Assembly (NCBI GenBank): GCA_965153285.1
Contig: OZ229111.1
Length of the DNA stretch: 64,000 nucleotides
Origin: Podarcis tiliguerta
Lineage: Eukaryota
Reading direction: 5' to 3' (one strand)
How positions within the stretch are numbered: position 1 is the stretch's first letter; every line of letters starts with the position of its first letter. Below are positions 52,836 to 64,000 of the stretch, in pieces. Both the position numbers and the translations under genes were made by a program. The notes under the pieces were generated by a model. That model did no database searches, was not told where the DNA came from, and saw nothing but the letters and a program-made list of their open reading frames with translations.

Positions 52836-53374
52836 CTGCTCCCCCTCCCGTTCTTTTTTCCACTGTTGTAAAAAAGAAGAAGAAAAAGAAGAAGGAAGAA
52901 GAAGAAAAAAGTGTAGTTTGTAAAAGCCAAGTTCATTGACGAGCTTCACTGTAACCAGCATGCTCAGCTGGAAAAACAAGAAAGTACAGCAGTGATTCAT
53001 TTCCTTTGAAAAGGCTGGTCATCCTGAAAACTAAAGTTATCACACAATAGAAAAAGATATAGATAAGATGCATAACCACAGTCGGAAACACAGTTTAGAA
53101 CTTCCGGAGCAAAAATTGGAAATGTTATTTCTTGTAATTTTATGCTAGCCCTGCTTTTACTAATTCATGCCAGAGTAAAATGCTGGTGACAACTTCCCCT
53201 TGAAAAAAAACCATGAATTTGAAGAAATCTGAAATGCAGTTTTTTTTCCTGTCTGCCTTCTTTTTATGAATCAACTTCTCTAGGGCCTTGAACGAAAGGG
53301 TGAAAATTCTCTTGGGGCTTCCGGACCCCCCTGGGCTAAAGGGAAACACAGGTCAATCCCTGGTTACCTTTAGC

Positions 53375-53624
53375 CAGGGGTCAGCAAACGTTTTCAGCCG
53401 GGGGCAGTCCACTGTCCATCAGACCTTGTGGGGGGCCGGGCTATATTTTGAAAAAAAAATATGAACGAATTCCTATGCCCCACAAATAACCCAGAGATGC
53501 ATTTTAAATAAAAGGACACATTCTACTCATGTAAAAACACACTGATTCCTGGACCGTCCGTGGGCCGGATTTAGAAGGCAATTGGGCCACATCCAGCCCC
53601 CAGGCCTTAGTTTGCCTACCCATG
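53375..53624. mobile_element. hAT-Charlie non-autonomous element (OposCharlie1/OC1-like)
   Basis: CAGGGGTCAGCAAAC...GTCCACTGTCCATCAGACCTTGTGGGGGGCCGG...TATGAACGAATTCCTATGC; perfect 8-bp TSD cctttagc (53367-53374, 53625-53632). Confidence 0.88.
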
Positions 53625-53977
53625 CCTTTAGCTCTACTGCCGAGTGCTGACTGCTGAGCAGAGCCATTCCTACGCGATGCAGTAGAGACAGCAGATTTGG
53701 AGTTGCCATTAGAAGACAACACGTTGGCAACTATTGTATTACTGCCATATTTTTTGTTACCACCAAGGGAGTGGTCCTTTAGGCATATTGCCTCCATTTG
53801 TCCTGGACCATCTGTGCTGCTGAAACTGTTGTGGGCATGTTGTCAAACATAAACCTGCTTGGGTTTATTCGCAGACACCTCCCCCTCTCTATGAAGTCCT
53901 GCAAAAGGCTATTCTCACACTGGTGTTCCAAAATGCAATCCCCAGGGAGTACTGACATGCAGGCTATCACCTCAGTA

Positions 53978-54219
53978 CAGTGGTACCTCGGGTTAAGAAC
54001 TTAATTCGTTCTGGAGGTCTGTTCTTAACCTGAAAGTGTTCTTAACCTGAGGTACCACTTTAGCTAATGGGGCCTCCCGCTGCCATCATGCCGCCAGAGC
54101 ACGATCTCTGTTCTCATCCTGAAGCAAAGTTCTTAACCCGAGGTACTATTTCTGGGTTAGTGGAGTCTGTAACCTGAAGCATCTGTAACCTGCAGCTTCT
54201 GTAACCCAAGGTACTTCTG
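53978..54219 (+). mobile_element. Tc1/mariner MITE, family A
   Basis: TIR CAGTGGTACCTCGGGTTA, TA TSD. Confidence 0.92.
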
Positions 54220-56703
54220 TACATGGTAGGTGCACCTGGAAATCTGTGTTGTTTGACTGAAACGACAGCTTGCTGTGGGATAAGAGCTCTTGGAGAATCA
54301 CAATTCTGACACTGGTGGGTTCATGTTGGGTTTCAGAACCATCTGAGGGTGTTATATGTGCATCTTACAGAGCAACCCCAATGAGTTCACTCCTGGGTAA
54401 GCTGTGTATAGGACTGCAGCCTTCAATACATTGTGAACCTCTCTCTCCCCAACATTGTCAATATGGGATAGAAACATAAAACTTGCTCTCTCTCCATCAA
54501 ACTATAGCCAGCCAGGCTATAGCCAGCCAGGTGCCATTGAGTTTGCATTTTCATCGCTGCAGGACACTGGAATATTGACAGAGAACTTTCCATGCAACCA
54601 CAAGATCACTTTGCTGGTTCAAGCCCCATAACTGTAATGCAAAGTGTTTTTGTGTGTATGTCTCCTCCCCCCTCCCGCCCCCCAACAGTGGTTTCACTTT
54701 GCATAGGCTTAGACTTACACTGAACATCATCTACTGCTTTTGTTCCCAGGGTCACTCAGTTATAGGAGCTCTTCACAATTTGTCTTTGTTTTCACCATCC
54801 TGAATAGCTCAGTATCATTCACCACACTCTGGGCTAATGTTATTCCTGCCTCCAAATCACGAATGACTTAATTAAAGGGAATGGGGAAGAGAAATCAGAT
54901 GTACATTATAGCCAATAAATACGGACAGATTTGTGCCAGAGTTGATTTAAGGCTCATGTGTCAAAATGCCCCTCTTTACTGAAGCATTTTAGCTGCAAGG
55001 ATCCAGTTGCCACAAACGGTGTTAATCTCTGAAATCAAGGTGTCTGGGATGGCTGGTCCTTTGAAAGTGCTCATGTACAGTACTCTGCAGCCTGATCTTA
55101 GACATGCTTATTCAGAAGGAAGTCCCACCAAGTCTCATTTAACAGCCTGATCCAATAGCCCAGGTATAGCCAATATGGTTCCCTCCCAAACTGGGAATGA
55201 TGGGTGTTGCAGCCCAGCTGAATTTGTAGGGCAGCACTTTGGCTAACTCTGCAGTAGCCCATCATAGTTGCAATACTATATCCAACCAGCAGCAGAGACA
55301 ACAACACAGCAATAGGCATAGAAACAAAAGCTATTAGAGCAACGTTGACAGACACTTCTGCAGCATTCCTGGAAACTCTTATCCCGCCCACTAATCGCAG
55401 TGTCACTCGTTGACAACACTCTCTCGTGTTGGTCATATATGGGAAGCGCCAATTAACACAGAGTGTCTGGAGGAATGCGACAGCTTGTCATGCTACCTAA
55501 TGCCTCCTCTTTTCATTGGCTTGCTGTGGACTGACAGCTGGGTGGCATGCATGCAGGATTCCCAGGAGAAGGGTTTGAGTCCCACTGGAGCACCAGCGAT
55601 TACAAAAATAAAATGCTAGCAACAACACAACCGATTCGTGTTGCTATCATCAGTAGGAAGGGAACAAGCATTTTGCAAGGGAGAAGAATGGAATATGTAA
55701 GAGCATGCTTGCAGGAAATAGAACCATGAATTGGATGTTAGCTCAGTGGGAAAGAGTAATGCAATGGGAAATGGGAAACAGAGGTTCAAAGTTCCACCTT
55801 GAGGAAATACAAACATGGCTGCCACTCCCAGAAGGCAAAGTTCCCTTTTGGCAGCTTTTGACAGCAACAATAATTGAAAGTGTTGAAGAGACGAGGCAAC
55901 AGAACTAGAGGCAGGGCCTCTCATTCTGGAGAAGAACACCCCATCAGATTAGGCAGAAATAAGATCCACAATGGAGTATTACTGTAGTTCTTTCCTGTGA
56001 TGTTAGCCCATTAACAATTCCCTTCATCATGTATCAGACTCGGATCCTGGCTCTTTCTAAACTTCACTACACATCACTTAGAAACTATGGGGTTAACAGA
56101 CCCTCCAAGTGTCCCTATTGTCCAGGGAGGGGCTGTAGGTGGAAGCATAACTCCATGGGAAAACACAGACTGCATGAATTCCTGCTCCAGTCTCTCTGTT
56201 TCCCAACTGATTTCACTCTAATTATACTGAACTCTAGGAAATGGAGAGAGTGTCTCACACACAACTGAAAGAACAGTGCAGAACCCCATCAGAGTGACTT
56301 GCACAGAGGTGAAGGAGCCTCAGGGGGTCAAATCTGACCCCCCCAGACCCCCGATATGGCCCTCATGACACTTCCTCCCCAAACCACACCCCTCACTGAC
56401 CCTGCTCAACCCCCTCCTCTAGTTTTGTTTTGGTCTGGTTAGAATGTGCTCCTGATGATAACCTCACCCAGGTAACTTTCTGCCTTGGGGAGTCCTAGCA
56501 TTTAATCAGACCCCCTTCATACTATTACAGAACATTCACTTACAGTATGTTCATTATGATTTATTTGCCAAGCTAAGGAGGTTAATGGCTTATGTGTCTG
56601 GAGACCTGAGAAAGGGCACCTGTGAAGGTTCTGAGAAGACAAGTCTTATCCATCTGCCCTTCTTTGTGTTCTCCCTAGCTTCCTTTGTGCAAAGTGCCCT
56701 GTC

Positions 56704-56967
56704 TGTTAAGTTGTGGGTGAACATATCAGACGACACAGCGATTCTTCAAACAGCTCTTATTTATTCACAGAACAGAACAGAACTGAACTGAAGGGTTCAG
56801 CCAGCCTGCTTATATAGAGCTCCACTAGAACGCAACAGTAACCATTTTCTGTAACTAGCCAATCACTGAACGTTACTTTCAATCCCTTATTTGCATATGT
56901 GGACCTGAGTGAAAACTATCTACAGTATCCCCCTGCTAGCCCAGGGTGAGAACTTCAGTACATAACA
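56704..56967 (-). mobile_element. Solo LTR (264 bp; probably Gypsy/Ty3-type)
   Basis: TGTTA...TAACA termini; perfect 5-bp TSD ctgtc (56699-56703, 56968-56972); on the minus strand octamer ATGCAAAT, ATTGG, TATATAA and AATAAA in U3-R-U5 order. Confidence 0.88.
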
Positions 56968-57565
56968 CTGTCAATAAAGTCCCTGATTGCATGTTCCTTG
57001 TTCTCTAGACGTGGCAGGAGGGGAAATGATGTGGAAGTCAAGGCCATGTGTTTTCATATATATGTGAACTGGGGTTCCCTGGCCACATGCAGAGGCACAT
57101 ATAAGGCAGTGCAACAGGATTTACTGCACCGGGTGTCAAGCCTAGGGGGCACCGCAGGGCACCGCAACTCTGACGTAGTGAGTTAAGCAGAACGGAAGGT
57201 GGGAGCCGAATTTTGACTTTGCTGAAATTTGAAAAAACAGTTTGCTGTCACAGCGTTGTCAGGCAAGGAATGTCCAGAGTGAGGAATTAACTACAGTATT
57301 GTCAAAAGTACACTCCTACATTTCTCAAGCTACTCCAAGGTGTGCACCCAATGAGTTCACCAGCCAAGGTGCGGACAACTTTGCATGGGGGGAAAGGCAT
57401 TCCCATCCCATCAATGTCCCCTGCTGTGTATGCAAACATAAATAAATCTGACAGTAATGAAGCCGTGTTGGTGTGAACAGCTGGGAGGAAAGTACTGTGA
57501 AACGCATAGGGGGGGAAAACCAAACAGTTCACTCACTCTAAGATGGCAATGTGGCGACTGGGAAG

Positions 57566-57965
57566 CTCAATAGCCCAGTTGGTTAGAGTGCGGTGCCAAC
57601 AACGCCAAGGTTGCAAGTTCGATCCCCATAAGAGACAGCTGCATATTCCTGCATTGCAGGGGATTGGACTACAGTCATAGTTCGGATCACAGATGCTTTG
57701 GGTTGCGCGATTTCGGGTTGCACACCGTGCTGAACCCGGAAGTACCAGAACAGGTTACTTCCAGGTTTCAGCGCTTGCACATGCGCAGAAACGCTAAATC
57801 GCACTTTGCGCATGTGCAGAAGACCAAATCGCAACCCGCATGTGCGCAGATGCGGCGCTGCAGGTTGCGGACACTGCGGGTTATGAACGTGCTTCCCGCA
57901 CGGATCACGTTTGCAACCCGAGCGTCCACTGTAGATGGTTCTCAGGGTCCCTTCCAACTCTGTGA
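57566..57965 (+). mobile_element. tRNA-headed SINE with CR1-derived tail, split by a MITE
   Basis: A box (tagcccagttggttagag), B box (agttcgatccc); tail ctgcattgcagggga..ggacta|gatggttctcagggtcccttccaactct rejoins across the MITE. Confidence 0.8.
57672..57931. mobile_element. Tc1/mariner MITE, family B
   Basis: CAGT...ACTG termini with TA duplicated at the ggacTAgatg site of the host SINE. Confidence 0.88.
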
Positions 57966-58824
57966 GATATCCTGTTCTGTAAGCCAGCTACTGGATTGGG
58001 AAACTGAGCTGCGATTGTACTGTAACCTGGGTTTCCCAAATCATAATCTGACACCCTAATCACAAATTATGCATCATAAACACAAGAAGAATCTGGGGTT
58101 CAGCCATATGACATCTATGGTCTGAGAGTGGGCTCAGTCCCTATACTTTACCTGGGAGGCTGTGCAACTGTGTGCCTGGGCTACAGGCTACCACGGTAAC
58201 AGGTAGGTGGTGCTAACATATCACAGACTCCTCAGTCTTGTTGGTGCAGACAACCTAGGACGTTGGTCACATCCATACCATAACTCAGAGCACCTTTACA
58301 GTACATGGTTTCTCCCAAAGAACCATGGGAACTGTAGTTTACGCCCTCGCAGAGCTACAGTCCCCAGCAACCTTAACACACTACATTTCCCAGGAATCTT
58401 TGGGGGATAGTCATGGTGTGTACACAGCCTGAAAGCTGTTTCCCACTTCTTCAAACCCATCTCTCTGACTACAGAGGCCCTCCCTATCTCTGATATATTT
58501 ACTCAACAATCCTTGCTTTCAGGTGACCTCTCCAACTTGAGTAACTATGGACTGCTCCAAAATCTCATTATACTGTATTCAGCCACACTGCATAAAATTG
58601 TTTTTCAGGACAAAACAGATATATTTTATCCAGAGATTCAGTTAATCTCATGAACAGACTTTGGTTTGGAATAGGTTTGCTGCCTCCAAGATTGGAGTGT
58701 ACCTGCCTCAGCCATTAACTTGCTGGAAGCCTTTAGAAACTGCCCTTTCTCCCTTATGGGTAAAGATCATTAAGTTGCTAGGAGAAAGGAGATCATTTTT
58801 TGCCCTCTTTGCTCTCAGCAAGTG

Positions 58825-59012
58825 AGCTGGTGTTTGTGGACTGGTGGTTAGTGTCAAACGAGGACCTGTGAGACCAGAGTTCAAATCCCCAATCTGTCAT
58901 GAAGACTACAGGGCTACCTACCTCACAGGGTTGTTGTGAGAACAAACTGGGGAATAATCATGTATGCCTCTTTGAGCTCCTTGTGGAATGCTGAGATATA
59001 AATGTACAAATA
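58825..59012 (+). mobile_element. Older CORE/MIR-like SINE
   Basis: B box gagttcaaatcc; ctacctcacagggttgttgtgag CORE segment. Confidence 0.7.
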
Positions 59013-59015
59013 AAA

Positions 59016-59266
59016 CGTATTTTTATAAGACGCACTTTTTCCCTCCTAAGAAGTAAGTGGAAATGTGTGTGCGTCTTATGGAGCGAATGCAGGCTGCGCA
59101 GCTATCCCAGAAGCCAGAACAGCATGAGGGATCGCTGCTTTCGCTGCCAGCGATCCCTCTTGCTGTTCTGGCTTCTGGGATTCAGAATATTTTTTTTCTT
59201 GTTTTCCTCCTCCAAAACCTAGGTGCGTCTTGTGGTCTGGTGCGTCTTATAGAGCAAAAAATACGG
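59016..59266. mobile_element. Tc1/mariner (pogo-like) MITE, CCGTATTTTT family, with internal hairpin
   Basis: CGTATTTTT...AAAAAATACGG-TA; subterminal blocks shared with the 785 and 41644 copies. Confidence 0.85.
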
Positions 59267-60341
59267 TAAATATGAACACATTTCTTACAAAGCACCTACT
59301 GCTGCCTCTAAGCGTAACTTGCCAAGGGCCTTACTATAATAATATAATAAGTTACTGTCTAAATTAGAATATACCTCATAATAAATTTTAACCCCCATGA
59401 CAGAGTTAATAATGTATTGTTCTTTCGCTCCACCATTCTTGTCCTATATCTTGTGGGGGAAAGTAGCGTACCTGCCTGGTGCCACTAATATAAGTCTAAT
59501 CTGCCTGCTTTCATCCCTAATTCTCCAAGTGATGTCACAATCCAATTTGTGACATTGTGCATGCTTACCACGAAACCAGGTCAGCAAAGCCGTGAAGCCA
59601 AAAGAAAAGAAAGGTCCTGTATATTGAATAATATTATTATTGTAGTGATGGCGGCAGAACAAGGTTGTTTATGAAGGACGTTGCCTATGCTCATGTGGCT
59701 GGGCTCCATTTTGCTTTTTTTTGGGGGGGGAGGGACACGTTTTGAATCCAATTGATTTGCTGTCCTAAAATCAGCAAGAAACAGAAACGACCCACTTTCC
59801 CTCGCCCAGTCCTTTCCCTCTGCTCTCATTCTACAGTCACAGGCTGTCTTGGCTGCCGCTTTACGTCTTTTAAAACCACATGAAAAGAGAAACCAGCCCT
59901 ATATTAAGACTTACACGGCGTTCGCAAACAGTGTAAAGATAATTGATTTAGAGGAACCCCAAGGCACTCAGATTCTGCAAAGATGAAAGCCATGCAAGGA
60001 TCTAGACAGACAGATACAGATTTTGTTATTATGTGGCGTGAGCTTCATCTCAGAAGCGAACTTCAAATGCAGTGAATTCCACAAATTAGGCTCAAATCTC
60101 AGGCATCCTTCAAACGAGCAGGACTTGTGTCTTAAAATCTATAGGAAGCTGTCGCTGAGCGAATTCATTATGCCATTTGTTTAAATCATATTTCTCCCCA
60201 CCCCACCCCGCCCAATCTTGCCCTGGTTCAATAAAACAACTTCCTAGGCAGTTAAAAGAAAACACTTGGAAAAAATCCATTTAAAATAAAGACATCCCTT
60301 AAAACAACTAAGAATGCAATCTTCCCCATGTCTACTTAGAA

Positions 60342-60511
60342 GTAAGGTAAAGGGATCCCTGACAGTTAGGTCCAGTCGTGGACAACTCTGGGGTTGCAGT
60401 GCTCATCTTGCTTTACTGGCCGAGGGAGCCGGTGTTTGTCCGCAGACAGCTTCCAGGTCATGTGGCCAGCATGACTAAGCCACTTCTGGCAAAACCAGAC
60501 CAGCATACAGA
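60342..60511 (-). mobile_element. 5'-truncated Sauria SINE inserted in a small palindromic repeat
   Basis: aaggtaaagggatccctgacagttaggtccagtcgtgg...catgactaagcc; flanks rejoin as a gcaatc...gattgc palindrome. Confidence 0.85.
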
Positions 60512-60583
60512 AAGTAAGTCCTGTTAAATTTCATGGGACTTAGTCCCAGGTAAGGCTAGGATTGCAGCCTATAATAAGAGGTC

Positions 60584-60586
<3 letters not shown>

Positions 60587-60628
<42 letters not shown>
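60587..60628. repeat. (TA)n microsatellite
   Basis: Direct reading. Confidence 0.95.
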
Positions 60629-60630
<2 letters not shown>

Positions 60631-60739
60631 CTGTAACAAACAATCAATCAATAAAATGGTTAAAACAGCATTCAGATAGTCAGGGGCTTCCAAAAAGGGC
60701 CTTTGACAAAGCTCTTAACAAAGAGGTGGGTTGAAGGAT

Positions 60740-60907
60740 GGGCCATAGCTCAGTGGCAGGAGCTGCTCCAGGCTGAATCACCAAACAGGGCTTGGAAAGA
60801 TTCCTTGCCTGTACTCAGGAGGGCCGCTGCCAGTCAGTGTAAACAATGTTAAGTTAAAAGGACCAACAGTCTCTCTTGGCACAAGGCAGGCTCCTTCGTT
60901 CCTATAT
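60740..60907 (+). mobile_element. tRNA-derived squamate SINE (Squam3-like)
   Basis: gggccatagctcagtggcag head; gccgctgccagtcagtgtaaacaat...aaggcaggctccttcgttcctat body and tail. Confidence 0.75.
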
Positions 60908-61145
60908 GAGAACAGGCGGCACTACCCGGGGGAGTGGACTTTGGCATTTCAAATGTCAACGGCGCCCTGCACAAGGCCAAAATTCGCGCCTTCAAGCCTC
61001 TCACCTCCCGTTCTTACACATGCACTACATCATAGTTGCGATGCCCTACAACAGCACCCCTTGGCTTGGAGCCCAGTGGAGGGGATGGAATCGGTTGCGC
61101 TGTCCTATTCTGTGAACTGCCCTGGGATCTTATGGGCAGTATGTA

Positions 61146-61180
<35 letters not shown>

Positions 61181-61198
61181 TAAATAAATAAATAAATA
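61146..61198. repeat. (AATC)n(AAAT)n microsatellite, probably a LINE tail
   Basis: Direct reading; preceded by an L2-like end. Confidence 0.85.
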
Positions 61199-61469
61199 CT
61201 GCCTCTGGCACCACCTGAATTAGAGGGAGAGCCTCCTTTGCTGTTGTTTTTAGAAGGGTACAGGGAGCTGTGGCTGAAATGTGTGTGTGTGTCAGGGGCT
61301 TGTGGATAAAGGCCTCCCATACCCATCTGAGCAGTGCTTTCAAACTGCATGGTTTGATCTTCATAACACGTATCTTCTTCATGACCTCAACTTGGAACTA
61401 GGGCTTTGCAATGATAGTAATTAACTGTGGGTTGTTGTTTTTTCCTAATTGCATGTGTTTTTGTGTAAA

Positions 61470-61547
61470 TGTGTTTTTATTATATGTTTACCTATGCTTA
61501 TGTTAAGTTATAAGCCTCTTGGAGACCTTTTGGGAGGTGGTATAATA

Positions 61548-61580
<33 letters not shown>

Positions 61581-62035
61581 TTAAATTATATCCTGCCCAT
61601 TTGGCTGGGTTGCCCCAGCCACTCTGGGCAGCTTCCAACACATATAGAAACACAACAAAACATCAAACATTAATAGTAACAATCTGATCCAATACAAAAA
61701 AGTCACAATAACTTTTAAAATAAACAACCTATATAAAATAAAGCAATATTCAATAATCCCTTAAGGGCAAGCAACAAATTATTGTGGGATGGAAAAGACT
61801 TCTTGCAAAATTTGAAAACATAATGTTGATAATAAATAAATATTGTGGAAGAAAATAATAATAATAATAATTTTTATTTATACCCCACCCTCCCCAGCCA
61901 AGGCCGGGCTCAGGGCAGCTAACAAGCAATAATAAAAACAAGTTGAATGAATACAACTTAAAAACAAGATTAAAATACAACATTAAGACATTGAAACATT
62001 AAAATGCAGCCTCATCACAGGAGGAGAAAAAGGAA
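61470..62035. mobile_element. Cluster of L2-like LINE 3' ends sharing (AAT)n tails
   Basis: (AAT)n at ~61542-61580 and ~61855-61870; cctgcccatttggctgggttgccccagccactctgggcagcttcc and ataccccaccctccccagccaaggccgggctcagggcagct are typical L2 3' ends. Confidence 0.7.
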
Positions 62036-63025
62036 AAAAGTATAATAATTATAAGAGCAGTTCTTTCTCATTCGTTCAGACTTCTCTTGCCCAAGTATAC
62101 CAGTTTCTCTCACCCATTCTCCCCCCTCCCCCGGGGGGGGGGTCCCATGTCAGTATCATATTTAATGGCCTGGATGTAACTCTTGCCATTCTGAAGGCTG
62201 AAATCAGAGCTGCCAACATTCTTTTCTGCCAGAGCTCCTGTGTGTATCCTCTGACGGAAGAAAACCAACAAGTGTCATCTGTTCCCGCAAGGAGGCACAG
62301 CGACAGAAATATGCAGCACTGCGTAAGAGTACTGCCAAGAAAACTGACAGCAGCAATCACAACCATCACTTGTCTTCATGATTTTTTGAGTGGGTGGGGT
62401 GGAAAAAAAGCGAGACATTGCACATGTCTCTCTTCAGTCCAATGAAACATCCACTGCTTTCTAACCCACTAAAATTCAGGGAATGATTTACAAAGCTCCT
62501 CAGGCCCTTCCGTAGTGGCCATCCCCTCTCAACTGAAATTAGCACCTGCCTAACGAGGGGCTGATAACAATTCGGATTGGACTTCCCTTTGCCTTTTAAA
62601 TTCCCCACCATCTGGCTCCGCCTGCTGGCAAAACGTTTAAATGCAACGAATAGCTCTTCGCAGCGCTGTATGTATTCTACAATTGGCAACAGGAGACTCT
62701 GGAAATAAATAAGGCTTCTGGGAAATTGTCCACTTCTGGGCCTTGAGAGCACAATGAGGTACACACCCCAGGCAGCTGGTTTTACATGTCACAAAGGGCA
62801 GCAAATTATTAGCTATTTAAGTTGTTATTATTGTGCCTTTCCTCTCCCAAGGAGAGGCAATTGTTGGATTTCCTGCCAAAATAATGCAGCCAGTCTTAAG
62901 TGTTTTGTTTTTTTCCATTTTGATTCAGCCGGGGCAGGATGGCTTTTACTGTTCTGCCTCAGGCAGCAAGTGTCTCAGGTAGGTCTTAATGCTAACAGCT
63001 GCCTGTATCTCAAAACACCGGTGGC

Positions 63026-63278
63026 AAGAAGAAGAAGAAGAGTTTGGATTTGATATCCCGCCTTTCACTCCCCTTCAGGAGTCTCAAAGCGGCTAACATT
63101 CTCCTTTCCCTTCCTCCCCCACAACAAACACTCTGTGAGGTGAGTGGGGCTGAGAGACTTCAAAGAAGTGTGACTGGCCCAAGGTCACCCAGCAGCTGCA
63201 TGTGGAGGAGCAGAGACGCGAACCCGGTTCCCCAGATTACGAGACTACTGCTCTTAACCACTACACCAAACTGGCTCT
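63026..63278 (-). mobile_element. Young tRNA-derived CORE-type SINE
   Basis: Near-identical reverse complement of 8658-8914. Confidence 0.9.
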
Positions 63279-63354
63279 GATTGCGGCTTAGCCAACAAGG
63301 AATGGAATTATCAGTATGTTCATTGTGTAGCTCTTCCTGCCCCCATACACCCAC

Positions 63355-63512
63355 TTGGCAACTGCCTTAAAGCAAGCCTGGTCATTGGTCCATTTAGCTT
63401 AGTGTTGTCTACACGGACTGGCAGCAGTTCTGGAAATGGAGACATTCCCAGCCCTACTTAGAGACACCAGGGATTGAACCTTCTGCGTGCTCCACCACAA
63501 TGCTACTGGCCC
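63355..63512 (-). mobile_element. tRNA-derived squamate SINE (Squam3-like)
   Basis: actgcctt...cattggtccatttagcttagtgttgtctacacggactggcagcag...cagggattgaacc. Confidence 0.7.
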
Positions 63513-63626
63513 ATCCTCAATGAAAATGTCTGAAGACGTTGCCTTGAAGTTAGCTTCTAGTTCCTAGTTTGAACTAGGAGCACAGCAAGCTGTCTCACAC
63601 CAAGTCAAGCCAGTTACCATGCAATA

Positions 63627-63652
63627 TGTGTGTGTGTGTGTGTGTGTGTGTG
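63627..63652. repeat. (TG)n microsatellite
   Basis: Direct reading. Confidence 0.95.
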
Positions 63653-64000
63653 TATAAACAGCATAAGTGCTAAATAAACCTGGAGGCTTGAAGCTCTGTG
63701 ACTGATAGCACTGGCACAGGTGAGCGGAAAGGGATAGTGACCTGCCGAGTGCCACTCAGGTACTTCCCTGGTCTTTTGTTTGCTTTTGTAAAATGGATGT
63801 TGCCGCAGCGGACTTGTTACTGTTAGAAAAGTGGCATCGTTTGCAGGCAAGGTGCTTTGCGAAGCAGAAGAGTCCAGGTCCCTTCCCTGACTCCAGTTCA
63901 ATGCAGGGGAAACAACTAAGGGAGGGGAGGCAGGGATAAAACAGGGAAGCAATATGGGGTTCTTTCAGGTGCACATGCTCACAGCACGGCAGAGATTGGA

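Noticed and set aside
57566-57640. tRNA gene
   Set aside because: A/B boxes are present but the cloverleaf is degenerate and runs into a CR1-type tail, so it is a SINE head. The same applies at 8658 and 60740.
52836-64000. RNF157 first exon, expected head-to-head with UBALD2 by human synteny
   Set aside because: No MGALTSRQ-like peptide or second CpG island seen; it probably lies beyond the window.

Overview
Vertebrate genomic DNA, inferred to be a squamate and probably a lacertid lizard, because it carries Sauria SINE, other squamate-type SINEs and lizard-type MITEs. One complete protein-coding gene is supported: UBALD2 (FAM100B) on the minus strand. Its three coding exons are 52171-52052, 50414-50352 and 23361-23041 (167 aa), with a ~27-kb second intron and a CpG-rich promoter holding five CCAAT boxes. 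The left edge probably contains the last exon of a convergent plus-strand gene (QRICH2 by synteny; low confidence). The rest is intergenic or intronic DNA rich in transposable elements: Tc1/mariner-pogo MITEs (TA TSDs), hAT MITEs (8-bp TSDs), SINEs, CR1/L2/RTE/L1 fragments, a clean solo LTR and Penelope-derived palindromes. Almost all other ORFs in the track look spurious. No novel multi-gene system is evident. The most interesting signals are non-coding: a hammerhead-ribozyme core in sense orientation within the UBALD2 intron, MITEs with interchangeable palindromic cargo, unrelated MITE superfamilies sharing NRF1+ETS motif arrays, MITEs nested in their own relatives, and a solo LTR promoter pointing at UBALD2. 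Repeat family names come from recalled consensus patterns, not database searches.
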